Shown here in pieces: positions 9,472-18,560 of a stretch of 64,000 nucleotides of DNA. The notes under the pieces were generated by a model that worked only from the letters and a program-made list of their open reading frames with translations, did not search any database and was not told the DNA's origin. The position numbers and the translations under genes are program-made. Origin of the DNA: an uncultured Actinomycetes bacterium (lineage in GTDB: Bacteria; Actinomycetota; Acidimicrobiia; Spongiisociales; ZC4RG35); the NCBI GenBank assembly GCA_963730285.1, contig CAVSQY010000010.1:2721-66720 (forward strand), read 5' to 3'. Within the stretch, counting starts at the first letter, position 1, and each line of letters starts with the position of its first letter.

Positions 9472-10634
9472 TGCTCCACCACCGGCATCCGCAGGATGAC
9501 CTCTGTCCCCTCACCCGGCTCACTCACGATCTGCGCTCCGCCACCGGCACGCTCCATCCGAGCGGTTATCGACTCGCTGATGCCCTTCCTGTCCGGCGGA
9601 ACGGTGTCAATGTCAAAGCCCTTGCCCTGGTCGGTGACGTAAACCACGAGCTCATTGTCGTCGGCCTCGAGGTAGAGCGATACCCTCTCGGTCTGGGAGT
9701 GTTTCGCCGCATTGACCATTGCCTCGCTGGCCGCTGCCACGAGCGGACGGGTGAAGGAGTCGAGGTGATGGTCACCAACCGTCACCACGTCAATCGGGAC
9801 CTGATGATCGGATTCGATGCGCTTGGCCACGCTTTTCAGGGCGGTAGAGAGGAGATCAACACCCTCCAGCGGGGCGTTGCCATAGAGCCAATCGCGCAGC
9901 TCGGACTCTTGGTGGCGGGCAAGCATCGACATGCGAGCCGGGTCATCGGCGCGTTGGATCAATGCGAGAGTCTGCAGCACCGAGTCATGGAGATGGGCCG
10001 CGACCTCGGCTCGCTCCTCCTGGCGGATTCGCTCACGACGCTCAGTCCCCAGGTCACGTGACAAACGGGCAACCCACGGCCCGAATGCAACAAGGATCCC
10101 GACGCCCGTGAGACCGACGGCCAACATCACCGGCCCGACATCGAGCAACGGGCCTACGTTCGATGCGAAGACGGCCAGGCCCCCGATCAGCAACGCCACT
10201 CCGATCAGCATCCGAACCCGGCCCGGCCGCTCGACGCTCGGATCGATCAGAGAAACGAGGGGACCTGGAGTGTCACGACCGGTAAGGGCGGCCACTCCGA
10301 AGGCGAGCGCCCCGACTGTGATCACCAGCCCGTTGGACGGCCACCATCCCACCACACCCAAAAGGAGCATCAGCCCGACAAAGGCAATGCCGAGACCGAA
10401 CGCCCTATGGGTCTCAACCCGGTCGGGATCGATGTCCTCGACACGGTCCAATGCCATCAGCCAAAGCCCGAGATAGAGCAAGACCCCAAGGCCCCAGACC
10501 ATGCTCAGGGTGACAAAAGCGGCCCGGACAAAGGCGTCGCTCACACCCAGCGTGTCGGCAAGGCCACCGGCCACTCCGGCCAGAACCCGGTCGGTACGCC
10601 GTCTTCGGAACTCGATAGGTCTCGCTGTTGTCAC
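9468..10634 (-). CDS. PspC-domain sensor histidine kinase (HisKA_3 type)
   Basis: N-terminal PspC domain (RVLAGVAGGLADTLGVSDAFVRAAFV), TM helices, H-box AAHLHDSVLQTL and ATPase motifs NAAKHS and VTDQGKGF. It overlaps the regulator gene by 4 nt. Confidence 0.85.
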   Translation of the reverse strand: MTTARPIEFRRRRTDRVLAGVAGGLADTLGVSDAFVRAAFVTLSMVWGLGVLLYLGLWLMALDRVEDIDPDRVETHRAFGLGIAFVGLMLLLGVVGWWPSNGLVITVGALAFGVAALTGRDTPGPLVSLIDPSVERPGRVRMLIGVALLIGGLAVFASNVGPLLDVGPVMLAVGLTGVGILVAFGPWVARLSRDLGTERRERIRQEERAEVAAHLHDSVLQTLALIQRADDPARMSMLARHQESELRDWLYGNAPLEGVDLLSTALKSVAKRIESDHQVPIDVVTVGDHHLDSFTRPLVAAASEAMVNAAKHSQTERVSLYLEADDNELVVYVTDQGKGFDIDTVPPDRKGISESITARMERAGGGAQIVSEPGEGTEVILRMPVVEQ

Positions 10635-10753
10635 AATGAGATGATCGCGGTCCTGGGCTCCGACCTCAATCAGGTGTTTCCCCGAGGGTCTCAGGGTTCA
10701 TTCAGGGTCGTTCCCGATTGATTCCGCCAGCCCGGCCGGGTCGAATCCCCTGT

Positions 10754-11944
10754 ATGGAACAAGACACCACAACCACCGAGACGTCGGAGTCCCGGGCGGT
10801 CGTCGAGGAGTTGGTCCGGCCCAGACAGGGCCGGATGCTCGGCGGAGTCGCTCAGGGCCTGGCCAATCGTTACAACCTGCCGGTGCTGCTGATGAGGGCG
10901 CTGTTCGTGATCCTCACCTTTGGTGGCGGACTCGGTCTCGCTCTCTATGCTGCCGGCTGGTTTTTGATCAGATCCGAAGACGAGCTTGAGACACCCGCCG
11001 CGAGGTTCTTCTCCCAAGCATCGACATCCCGGTCCTGGATAGGCATTGGCCTGGTATTCCTCGCCATCCTGATCCTTCTGGACAACTTCACCTTCCTTTC
11101 CGGGGGCGTCGTCTGGGCCGTGGGATTGCTGGTGGTCGGGATACTTCTCTACACCGGCGATCTCCCTCGTCTGGTGCGGGGCACCAACGACAAGGAGGGA
11201 GTTCAACAAATGACAACATCGACCACGGTGGTGCCGACCGGGACATCCTCTGTCGACGCCGGTGACGGATCGGCCTCCGGCCCCCCTCCCACCCCGTCGC
11301 CGACCCCACCCATACTCCCCCCCTCGGCCCGTGAGCCGCGCCCCAGGTCCTATCTGGGCCGAATCACGATCGGCGTCATGCTGATCGGCCTTGGGCTCCT
11401 CGCCGTCCTGGACAACATCCCCGACGTCGCCATCGCGGCCGAGCCCAGGCACTACATGGCCCTGGCGGTGACCATCCTCGGCGTCGGCCTCATGGTCGGT
11501 GGTTTCGTCGGACGGGCGCGCTGGCTGATCCTGGTCGCTGTGGTCCTCGTCCCGACAATGCTGTTCTCCCCTGTGTTCGAGTACAACTGGAACAGCCAGG
11601 ATTTTGACCAGACGGTCACACCAGCCACCTTCGCCGAGTTGGACGACGTGTACCAGATCGACGTCGGAAGTCTCTCCATCGATCTCACCCAGCTGCCCTG
11701 GGATGGTCAGGATGTCGACCTCGTCGCGCGAGTCGACGCCGGTGAGATCGACATCTGGGTCCCTGAGGACGTCGCCGTCGTCGGCAGCGCCCAAGCCGAC
11801 GTCGGCCACGTCGGCGGCTTTGGCCGGGAGTCATCCGGCCTGGGGAGCCCCAATCTGGCGTTCGACCACGCGGGCGCCGATGGAACCGTCCATCTGGATG
11901 CTTCGGTCGATGTGGGCGACATCCAGATCCACGTGGGTAGCTGA
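10754..11944 (+). CDS. PspC-domain membrane protein with LiaF-like C-terminal region
   Basis: PspC motif RMLGGVAQGLANRYNLPVLLMRALFVILT, multiple TM helices, a Pro/Ser/Thr linker and a C-terminal beta region. It is divergent from the PspC kinase. ATG 10754 is preferred over TTG 10718. Confidence 0.75.
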   Translation: MEQDTTTTETSESRAVVEELVRPRQGRMLGGVAQGLANRYNLPVLLMRALFVILTFGGGLGLALYAAGWFLIRSEDELETPAARFFSQASTSRSWIGIGLVFLAILILLDNFTFLSGGVVWAVGLLVVGILLYTGDLPRLVRGTNDKEGVQQMTTSTTVVPTGTSSVDAGDGSASGPPPTPSPTPPILPPSAREPRPRSYLGRITIGVMLIGLGLLAVLDNIPDVAIAAEPRHYMALAVTILGVGLMVGGFVGRARWLILVAVVLVPTMLFSPVFEYNWNSQDFDQTVTPATFAELDDVYQIDVGSLSIDLTQLPWDGQDVDLVARVDAGEIDIWVPEDVAVVGSAQADVGHVGGFGRESSGLGSPNLAFDHAGADGTVHLDASVDVGDIQIHVGS

Positions 11945-11955
11945 AGGAGCATCTC

Positions 11956-12174
11956 ATGAAAACACACCGATTCGACGCCATCTCCTTCGTGAGTGGCCTG
12001 ATCCTGGCCCTCCTGGGCCTCGCCTTTCTCATCCCGCAGACCCCGGTCGACGTCCTCGACGCCATCACCAACCTGGGAAGCTGGTTCTGGCCAGTCCTCC
12101 TGATGGTCATCGGCGTCGCAGTCCTGGTACCGGTATTCCTGCCCAAAGGTGACTCCGTGGACGAGGAGGTCTAG
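11956..12174 (+). CDS. Small two-TM membrane protein of the PspC locus
   Basis: 72 aa with two hydrophobic helices (ISFVSGLILALLGLAFLI, WFWPVLLMVIGVAVLVPVFL). It lies 11 nt downstream of the PspC membrane gene. Confidence 0.6.
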   Translation: MKTHRFDAISFVSGLILALLGLAFLIPQTPVDVLDAITNLGSWFWPVLLMVIGVAVLVPVFLPKGDSVDEEV

Positions 12175-13682
12175 AGGGTCTCCTCGATCAAACGGGCTTT
12201 CAACTCGGCAAGCCGCCTGGTCACGGACACGTGATAGACGTGTGGGTTGACCAGGCGCTTGACACCCGGATCCAATCTCTCAAGGTCGGCGATCCTGCGT
12301 TTCCTCGCCTCAGCAACGACCGCGGGATCGTCGGCCGGAGCCTCCAGCGCGGCGTCCACCAACAACTCCTCTACCGATGACACCCGATCGGCCTGGAGAG
12401 TCCGCCCAACCCCAGCCTCATGGTGGTGGTGAAGCTCGAGGGGGAAGCTCACCTCTTCATCATCGAGTGCCATCACATCAACCGTCGCCATCCCCCTGCG
12501 GTCGTAGAGCCGATGCACCTTCTTTCTCCCCGGGTTGACCACCTTGGCGGATGTGTCTGAGACCTTGATGGCCGGTCGCCAGCCGGATTCGTCACCAATC
12601 GCCACCAGCTTGTAGACCCCATCCAGATAAGGCCTTCCATGGGACGTAGCCATCTTGGTGCCGACGCCGTACATGAGCCGCCGGATGATCCCGTCGGCGT
12701 CGCCCCCATAGCGAGGTGCCTCGACTGCGATCTGGGCCAGGATCTGCGAAATGGTCAACTCGTCCAAGCCCGAAGACAGCACGATCTTGACCTCATCGAA
12801 CCCGGCTTCGTCGAGCAACAGCGAAGAACGAACGGCGAGGTGGGCCAGGTCCCCCGAGTCGAGACGTATGCCCACCGGCCGATGGCCGGCCCGTCTCAGC
12901 TCCTCGAACACGGTTATCGCATTGGGCACGCCTGAGTCGAGCGTGTCGACGGTGTCGACCAGCAAAATGCATTGGTCGGGGTACATCGCGGCAAAGGCGC
13001 GAAAGGCCTCGAGCTCCCCTTGTCCGAGAGCCATGAAGACCTGAACCATTGAGTGGGCGTGTGTCCCCTGCGGGAGGATCCCCATCTCGTGAGAGATCCC
13101 GACATTGGAAGATGCATCGGCCCCGCCGATCAAGGCGGCTCTGCTGGCGGCGATGCCGCCTTCATCGGGCGCCCGCCTGATCCCGAACTCCAGGACCGAC
13201 CCACCACGGGCGACCTCCACCACTCGGGAGGCCTTGGTGGCTATGAGGGTGTGGAAGTTGAGGTGATTCAACAAGGGCGTCTCTATCAGCTGAGCGGCCG
13301 CGAGCGGGCCTTCCACCACGGTCAGGGGCACATTGGGGTGGCAGACCCGGCCCTCCGGTATGGCCCGATATCGAAGTGAGTCCCAGCTCACCTCACCCAA
13401 CCATCGGATGAAGTCCTCCTCGAACAGCCGGTGCCCGTCGACCTCATGGCGCCTCAGGGCATCCTGTTCCTCCTTGCCAAAGCGGGCACGATCGGCCCAT
13501 CGGCCAAGCCATCCCCAACCGGCATTTATGGCGTAACCGGCCTGGTGCTCGCCATAGTCTGGGTATCCCCTGAAGAAGTGCTCGAAGCGGGCCTCGCTCT
13601 CATGAAGCCCATGGCGAAAGTAGAGCTGGGCCATGGTCAGCTGATACTGATCGTTGAGCAGAGCGCCCCTTGATATGGACAT
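12171..13682 (-). CDS. pncB: Nicotinate phosphoribosyltransferase
   Basis: Homology begins at MSISRGALLNDQYQLTMAQLYF. The longer ORF (to 13985) would run through the divergent pncA gene, so the ATG at 13682 is chosen. Confidence 0.85.
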   Translation of the reverse strand: MSISRGALLNDQYQLTMAQLYFRHGLHESEARFEHFFRGYPDYGEHQAGYAINAGWGWLGRWADRARFGKEEQDALRRHEVDGHRLFEEDFIRWLGEVSWDSLRYRAIPEGRVCHPNVPLTVVEGPLAAAQLIETPLLNHLNFHTLIATKASRVVEVARGGSVLEFGIRRAPDEGGIAASRAALIGGADASSNVGISHEMGILPQGTHAHSMVQVFMALGQGELEAFRAFAAMYPDQCILLVDTVDTLDSGVPNAITVFEELRRAGHRPVGIRLDSGDLAHLAVRSSLLLDEAGFDEVKIVLSSGLDELTISQILAQIAVEAPRYGGDADGIIRRLMYGVGTKMATSHGRPYLDGVYKLVAIGDESGWRPAIKVSDTSAKVVNPGRKKVHRLYDRRGMATVDVMALDDEEVSFPLELHHHHEAGVGRTLQADRVSSVEELLVDAALEAPADDPAVVAEARKRRIADLERLDPGVKRLVNPHVYHVSVTRRLAELKARLIEETL

Positions 13683-13718
13683 GAGGTCCAGCCTATTGGC
13701 GCCGGTACCCTCGGATGG

Positions 13719-14303
13719 ATGATCAGCTATGACCGCCGGACCGCCCTGGTGGTGGTCGACATGCAGAACGATTTCGCCGATCCAGCTGGCAGCCTCTACG
13801 TAACCAGAGGCGAACGGGTCGTCGCAGCTGTCAACGTCGAAGTCGACCGTGCCCTTCAGGGTGACGCCCTTGTGGTCTACACCCAGGACTGGCACCCGGA
13901 GTCCACTCCCCATTTCGCAAAGGACGGCGGGATCTGGCCGGTTCATTGTGTCATGGGTACCTGGGGGGCGGAGCTCCACCCACAACTCGAGGTCGATGGA
14001 CCTGTTGTCCGGAAGGGCTCCAATGGCGAAGACGGCTACTCGGGATTCACCATGCGTGACCCCGAAACGGGTGACGAGATCCCCACCGCGTTGCGTGGCA
14101 TGTTGGAGGAGAGGGACATCTCAGCGGTGGTGGTCGCCGGATTGGCCCTGGACTACTGCGTCAAGTCGACAGCACTCGATGCCGTCGGCGGATTCGACGT
14201 GACTCTGCTCGCCCATGCCACCGCATCGGTCGACCTCAGCGAGGGGGATGGCGCCATCGCACTCGAAGAGTTGAAGGCTGCGGGCGTCAGGATCGAGCGT
14301 TAG
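13719..14303 (+). CDS. pncA: Nicotinamidase / isochorismatase-family hydrolase
   Basis: ALVVVDMQNDFADPAGSLYV is present, and the catalytic Cys lies in LALDYCVKSTALDA. It is divergent from pncB. Confidence 0.85.
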   Translation: MISYDRRTALVVVDMQNDFADPAGSLYVTRGERVVAAVNVEVDRALQGDALVVYTQDWHPESTPHFAKDGGIWPVHCVMGTWGAELHPQLEVDGPVVRKGSNGEDGYSGFTMRDPETGDEIPTALRGMLEERDISAVVVAGLALDYCVKSTALDAVGGFDVTLLAHATASVDLSEGDGAIALEELKAAGVRIER

Positions 14304-15088
14304 GCGGGCTCCCGGGCCGCCGCCCCGTATGCCCGATAGAGCGTCCGCAACGCGACAAAGAGGACCAAACAGCCAAACGCTATGGAGAGGGTGCGATCAG
14401 CGGTGGCCAGGGCAAGCCGAGAGCCGATGATCGAGCCGACCACTCCGCCTGCGCCGGTGACAACGCCGTCCATGAGCCGGACACGCTCGTTGAGTCGGTT
14501 GACAATGGTCCCAGCGGACGCGGTGAGAAGGATGGCCACCAGTGAGGTGCCCTGGGCCTCGTGTTGCAGCAGGCCGAGGAAGAAGATGGTGGACGGCACG
14601 ATCACCACACCGCCTCCCACACCGGCAACTCCCGCAAAGAAGCCGGCAAAGAAGCCGATTCCCACCGAGACCACAGTCCGAGCGATCTCGCTCATGTCTC
14701 CCGAGCCGGGCAGCGGGTTACCACCGAAGAGCATTCGCAAAGAGGCCACCATCAAGACGACGCCGAAGACGAGGGACAGGTTCCTCGAGCTCATTCGATG
14801 CATCAGGGAAGCGCCAACCACAGACCCCAATACACCGCCGATTCCAATCGTTAGGCCAACACCGAGCTCGAGCTCGTCGGAGAGGCCAAAAGAGATGGAT
14901 CCTGCCGTGGCGGTCAGGACAATTGCAGCGAGTGAGGTGGCATGGGCCCGGTGTCGGTCCAAGCCAACCGCCACCAGTAATGGAACCAGGACGATGCCGC
15001 CGCCCACGCCGAACCCACCGCTCACCAAGCCAGCGGCAAGCCCGATGAGGACCAGCTTCCAAGGGTCGGCTGACATGGGGCGACTCAC
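14300..15088 (-). CDS. TauE/SafE-family sulfite/anion exporter
   Basis: 262 aa polytopic protein. It has an internal duplication with Gly-rich helices (GGFGVGGGIVLVPLL, GVAGVGGGVVIVPS). Confidence 0.75.
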   Translation of the reverse strand: MSRPMSADPWKLVLIGLAAGLVSGGFGVGGGIVLVPLLVAVGLDRHRAHATSLAAIVLTATAGSISFGLSDELELGVGLTIGIGGVLGSVVGASLMHRMSSRNLSLVFGVVLMVASLRMLFGGNPLPGSGDMSEIARTVVSVGIGFFAGFFAGVAGVGGGVVIVPSTIFFLGLLQHEAQGTSLVAILLTASAGTIVNRLNERVRLMDGVVTGAGGVVGSIIGSRLALATADRTLSIAFGCLVLFVALRTLYRAYGAAAREPA

Positions 15089-15102
15089 CTGGCCAGCCTA
15101 TT

Positions 15103-15124
15103 CGGTGACCCCCCAAGGTCACCG
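15103..15124 (-). terminator. Perfect 8-bp hairpin after the GH13 gene (no U-tract)
   Basis: CGGTGACC-N6-GGTCACCG sits between the GH13 stop (15139) and the tauE-like start (15088). No U-tract follows, so its terminator function is uncertain. Confidence 0.3.
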
Positions 15125-15138
15125 AGTCCCGTCCACAC

Positions 15139-16761
15139 TCAGCGAAGTGGCCTGATCCAAACAGCGGTGTCGGTCGGGACCTGGCCATCCACGAGCGGTC
15201 CCGACTCGATCAGGGCCTCGCCCTCAGGGGCCGGCACCGGGTCGTCGCCGAAGTTCACGAGGCAAACCAGTTCGTCCCCACTCTGAAAGCTGATCACCCC
15301 TGGTGCGGCGCCGAGCCATCGAACGCTCTCGTCGTCGTTGACCAGTCCGGACCGGATCGCCAAAGCCGACCGATACATCTCGAGTGTCGAGGCGGCGGCA
15401 CCGGTCTGGGATTCCACCGAGAATCGGCCCCATCCCTGCGGCTGAGGCAGCCAGGAGCCGTTGCTCCCGAATCCAAACGACTTTCCCGATTCCTTCCAAG
15501 GGATGGGGACTCTTGACCCATCCCTGCCTTTCAGTGTCCGACCGGATCTCTCCCACACAGGGTCTTGCAGGGCGCCGATTGGCAGGTCTATCACCTCCGG
15601 AAGCCCCAACTCCTCGCCTTGGAAGACATAGACAGACCCGGGGAGCGCCATGACCAGGAGAGTGGCGGCCCGCGCCCTTCGCAGCCCTACTTCGGGGTCG
15701 TAGATGGAGCGGTCACCATTGAGGAGCCATGACCGCGCATCTATTCCGGGCGGGAAGCACAACCTTGTGGCGTGACGGACCACGTCGTGGTTCGACAGGG
15801 TCCACGTTGGCACCGATCCCACTGCCGTGGCATGCCCAAGAGCGTCGACGATCGCTTGGCGAATCTCTAACGGCGCCCATGGCGTCTGGAGAAAGAGGAA
15901 GTCGAAGGCCTGATGGAATTCGCCCGGCCGCAGATATGCGCCGAGATGGTCCCATGAATCGACCCACGCCTCCGCAACCATGACCGACTCTGGGTACTCA
16001 TCGAGAACCGAGCGCCACTCACGGACGATGTCGTGAAGCTCGGGGCGATCCCAGAAGGGGTGATTTTCCCCATGATGTGTGGCGAGGAGGCCTTCTTTCC
16101 TCTCCCCGAGGTCCGGGTATCCCGGTGCCTTGGCCATCCCGTGTGCCACGTCGACCCGAAACCCGGCGACGCCACGATCCAGCCAGAATCTGAGGATGTT
16201 CTCGAACTCCTGATGCACCTCCGGATTTCGCCAGTTGAGATCGGGCTGCGTCTCGTCGAAGAGATGCAGGTACCACTCCCCATCGGCAACGCGGGTCCAG
16301 GCCGGCCCTCCAAAGACACTGGTCCAATCGTTGGGGGGCACGGCGCCGTCGGGGCCGCGTCCGGGAAGAAAGTGGTAGCGCTGTCGCTCCCAGCTTCCTG
16401 GACCCGCCTTCAACGCCTCGACGAACCATCGATGTCCAGAAGAAGTGTGATTGGGAACAAGATCCACCAGAACGCGGATACCTCGAGACCCGGCATCCCC
16501 GATGAATTCGACGGCCTCGTCGAGGGTTCCATAGCTCGGGTCGATGTCGCGGTAGTCCGCCACGTCGTAGCCACCGTCATGCATCGGCGATCGATACCAA
16601 GGGTTCACCCAGATGGCGTCTATGCCAAGGTCTTCGAGATAGGGAAGTCTCGATCGAAGTCCGGCGATGTCACCCGTGCCATCGCCGTTTCCATCGGCAA
16701 ACGATCTGAGATATACCTGATAGACGACGGCGTGACGCCACCAGTGGCGCTTCTCGAGCAT
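15139..16761 (-). CDS. GH13 alpha-glucosidase / oligo-1,6-glucosidase-like
   Basis: GH13 regions I-IV are present: VDLVPNHTS, GFRVDVAHGM, VAEAW, LSNHDVVRH. The ATG at 16761 (MLEKRHWWRHAVVYQVY) fits the family N-terminus and avoids overlap with the next gene. Confidence 0.85.
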   Translation of the reverse strand: MLEKRHWWRHAVVYQVYLRSFADGNGDGTGDIAGLRSRLPYLEDLGIDAIWVNPWYRSPMHDGGYDVADYRDIDPSYGTLDEAVEFIGDAGSRGIRVLVDLVPNHTSSGHRWFVEALKAGPGSWERQRYHFLPGRGPDGAVPPNDWTSVFGGPAWTRVADGEWYLHLFDETQPDLNWRNPEVHQEFENILRFWLDRGVAGFRVDVAHGMAKAPGYPDLGERKEGLLATHHGENHPFWDRPELHDIVREWRSVLDEYPESVMVAEAWVDSWDHLGAYLRPGEFHQAFDFLFLQTPWAPLEIRQAIVDALGHATAVGSVPTWTLSNHDVVRHATRLCFPPGIDARSWLLNGDRSIYDPEVGLRRARAATLLVMALPGSVYVFQGEELGLPEVIDLPIGALQDPVWERSGRTLKGRDGSRVPIPWKESGKSFGFGSNGSWLPQPQGWGRFSVESQTGAAASTLEMYRSALAIRSGLVNDDESVRWLGAAPGVISFQSGDELVCLVNFGDDPVPAPEGEALIESGPLVDGQVPTDTAVWIRPLR

Positions 16762-16849
16762 GCCGGGATTATGACGCAGGCGCAACGACCAAAAGCGAAT
16801 TCCGCGGCCAGGGGCCAACCTCCCGAACATGGCTTCGACCGGTCGGCGG

Positions 16850-17677
16850 TCAGACTTCGATAGTCGTTCCGATCTTCCCCGCCGAGACCTCGAGATCTGG
16901 TGCTCTCTCCTCGAGTTCCCGATGAAAGTCGTCGAGCATCTCATCGGAGTGAGACGGGTCATGATGAAAGGTCATCAACCGGCCGACTTCGGTGAGACGA
17001 GCGAAATCGATCAGGTGGGTGAACGAGGCGTGGCCCCAGCCAACCCGCTCGAGATACTCCTCATCGGTGTACTGGGCATCGTGAATGAGGAGGTCGGCGC
17101 CCAGAGCGAGCTGGTAGCCGGAGACCCACTCCGGGCTTTCTGTCAACCCGAGACCTCCGAGGGCCGGCTCGTGGTCGGGCATGTAGGTGAGCGCGGATCC
17201 CGACTCGGTGATCCTGAGCCCGAGCGTGGGCCCGGGGTGTGAGATCAGGTCGGCTGAGACCTCGACACCATCGAGACGGAACACACCGGGCGGAACATCA
17301 TGAAACTCGATGTTGGGCAGGTCCCTGATCCGGACCGGGAACAGAGGCGGCGAGAGATATCTTGCCAGCCGTTCACGTAATGACTCGGTGGTCGAGATGG
17401 GCCCCCAGAGATGGACCTCTATGCCCGGATCGAGCATCGGGGCGAAGAAGGGCAGGCCGGAGATGTGATCCATATGGAGATGTGAGAGAAGGATGTCCAC
17501 CCGAGTGAGATCCCCGAGACGACCCCCGATCGGACGGATCCCACTTCCCGCGTCCAGGATTAGCAGGCGCCCGGACTCCGTCCTGACCTCGATCGAGGCG
17601 GTGTCGCCACCGTATCGCGCAGTTTCGGGCCCACCAGTCGCCAGCGAGCCCCTGGTTCCCCAAAGGGTGATCTTCAA
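16850..17677 (-). CDS. MBL-fold metallo-hydrolase
   Basis: The HxHxDH motif is present (LLSHLHMDHISGLPFF). A TTG at 17677 overlaps the stop of the upstream PAS gene (TTGA). The maximal ORF extends to 17734. Confidence 0.75.
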   Translation of the reverse strand: MKITLWGTRGSLATGGPETARYGGDTASIEVRTESGRLLILDAGSGIRPIGGRLGDLTRVDILLSHLHMDHISGLPFFAPMLDPGIEVHLWGPISTTESLRERLARYLSPPLFPVRIRDLPNIEFHDVPPGVFRLDGVEVSADLISHPGPTLGLRITESGSALTYMPDHEPALGGLGLTESPEWVSGYQLALGADLLIHDAQYTDEEYLERVGWGHASFTHLIDFARLTEVGRLMTFHHDPSHSDEMLDDFHRELEERAPDLEVSAGKIGTTIEV

Positions 17678-18069
17678 TCTGGGGACTCCCAGAAAGCGGC
17701 AAAGGCCCCGACGAATCGGTTGCCTTGGCCCCACACCGGCATGGCGGTCACATCCACTTTGTGGGAGACACCGTCCAGGCCCCGATACCGGACCGCCTTG
17801 TGATGAGGAACTTGCTTCATCAGAGCGGTCAGCAACGGGAAGTCAGACTCGTCGATCGGGTTCCCGTCGAGGTCGGTGACTGTGAACATCTCGGAGAGCT
17901 GTTCCGCCTTGAGTGGCCCGGCGTCATCGAATCTGATACCCAACATCTCCTCAGCGGGCTCGTTGTAATAGAGGAGAGTCCCGGACTCGTCCATGATCCA
18001 AAACGGGACGGCCAGGTAGCTGGCGAGCTGACGTAGCAGGATGAGCTCGATCGGCTGCTGGTCGGGCAT
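17674..18069 (-). CDS. Stand-alone PAS-domain protein
   Basis: 131 aa with a PAS-like core (VPFWIMDESGTLLYYNEPAEEMLGIRFDDAG ... VDVTAMPVWGQGNRFVGAFAAF). No output domain. Confidence 0.65.
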   Translation of the reverse strand: MPDQQPIELILLRQLASYLAVPFWIMDESGTLLYYNEPAEEMLGIRFDDAGPLKAEQLSEMFTVTDLDGNPIDESDFPLLTALMKQVPHHKAVRYRGLDGVSHKVDVTAMPVWGQGNRFVGAFAAFWESPD

Positions 18070-18146
18070 AGATCGAGACTACGCGAGTCAAAGCTGCTTG
18101 CCCAGAATCCGATGGGCCCGATCTCCGGTAGGACGACGGCCCTCCG

Positions 18147-18560
18147 TCAGCCGGTCACCGTCAGCTTCGTCACCATGCCCATCGCATAGTGTCCGGGGAG
18201 GTTGCACATCATGATGTAGCTTCCCGGGCCCAATTCCAGGCTCAGTGTCGGTCGGCCGCCGGGGATGACGTCCTCGACCTCGTCGACCAACTCCATGTCG
18301 CTGGTGTCGGCAACACCATTTGATATCGGGAGATCGATCGTGTCGCCGGAGAAGACCTCGATCTCGTGCACGAGACTCCCCTCGTTCACCACATCCAACG
18401 TCACATCGCCAGCCGACACCGTCTCCTCGCTGAGAGTGATAGAGCCGTCTTCGACCACGGCGGAAACCACAGTCCCACCTTCTCGAGAGTCACCGCCGCC
18501 GCCACACGACGTCATGAGCAATGCCACGGCCGCGAAACCGACGACAGACAACCTGGTCAC
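18147..18560 (-). CDS. Cupredoxin-fold copper-binding lipoprotein
   Basis: Lipoprotein signal (LLMTSCGG). Type-1 copper ligand pattern at the C-terminus (MMCNLPGHYAMGM). It overlaps the upstream FTR1 gene by 4 nt. Confidence 0.75.
   Translation of the reverse strand: MTRLSVVGFAAVALLMTSCGGGGDSREGGTVVSAVVEDGSITLSEETVSAGDVTLDVVNEGSLVHEIEVFSGDTIDLPISNGVADTSDMELVDEVEDVIPGGRPTLSLELGPGSYIMMCNLPGHYAMGMVTKLTVTG

Noticed and set aside
10691-11809. 372-aa ORF antisense to the PspC membrane-protein gene
   Set aside because: The translation is low-complexity and rich in R/G/D/H, with no motif. It lies exactly opposite a gene with clear PspC and TM features. This is the typical shadow ORF of high-GC DNA.
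13683-13985. N-terminal 101-aa extension of pncB (and similar extensions of the GH13, SDR, QOR, ilvC, ilvN and FAD-oxidoreductase ORFs)
   Set aside because: Family homology starts at internal Met codons. The extensions overlap neighbouring genes or divergent promoters and have non-coding-like translations.
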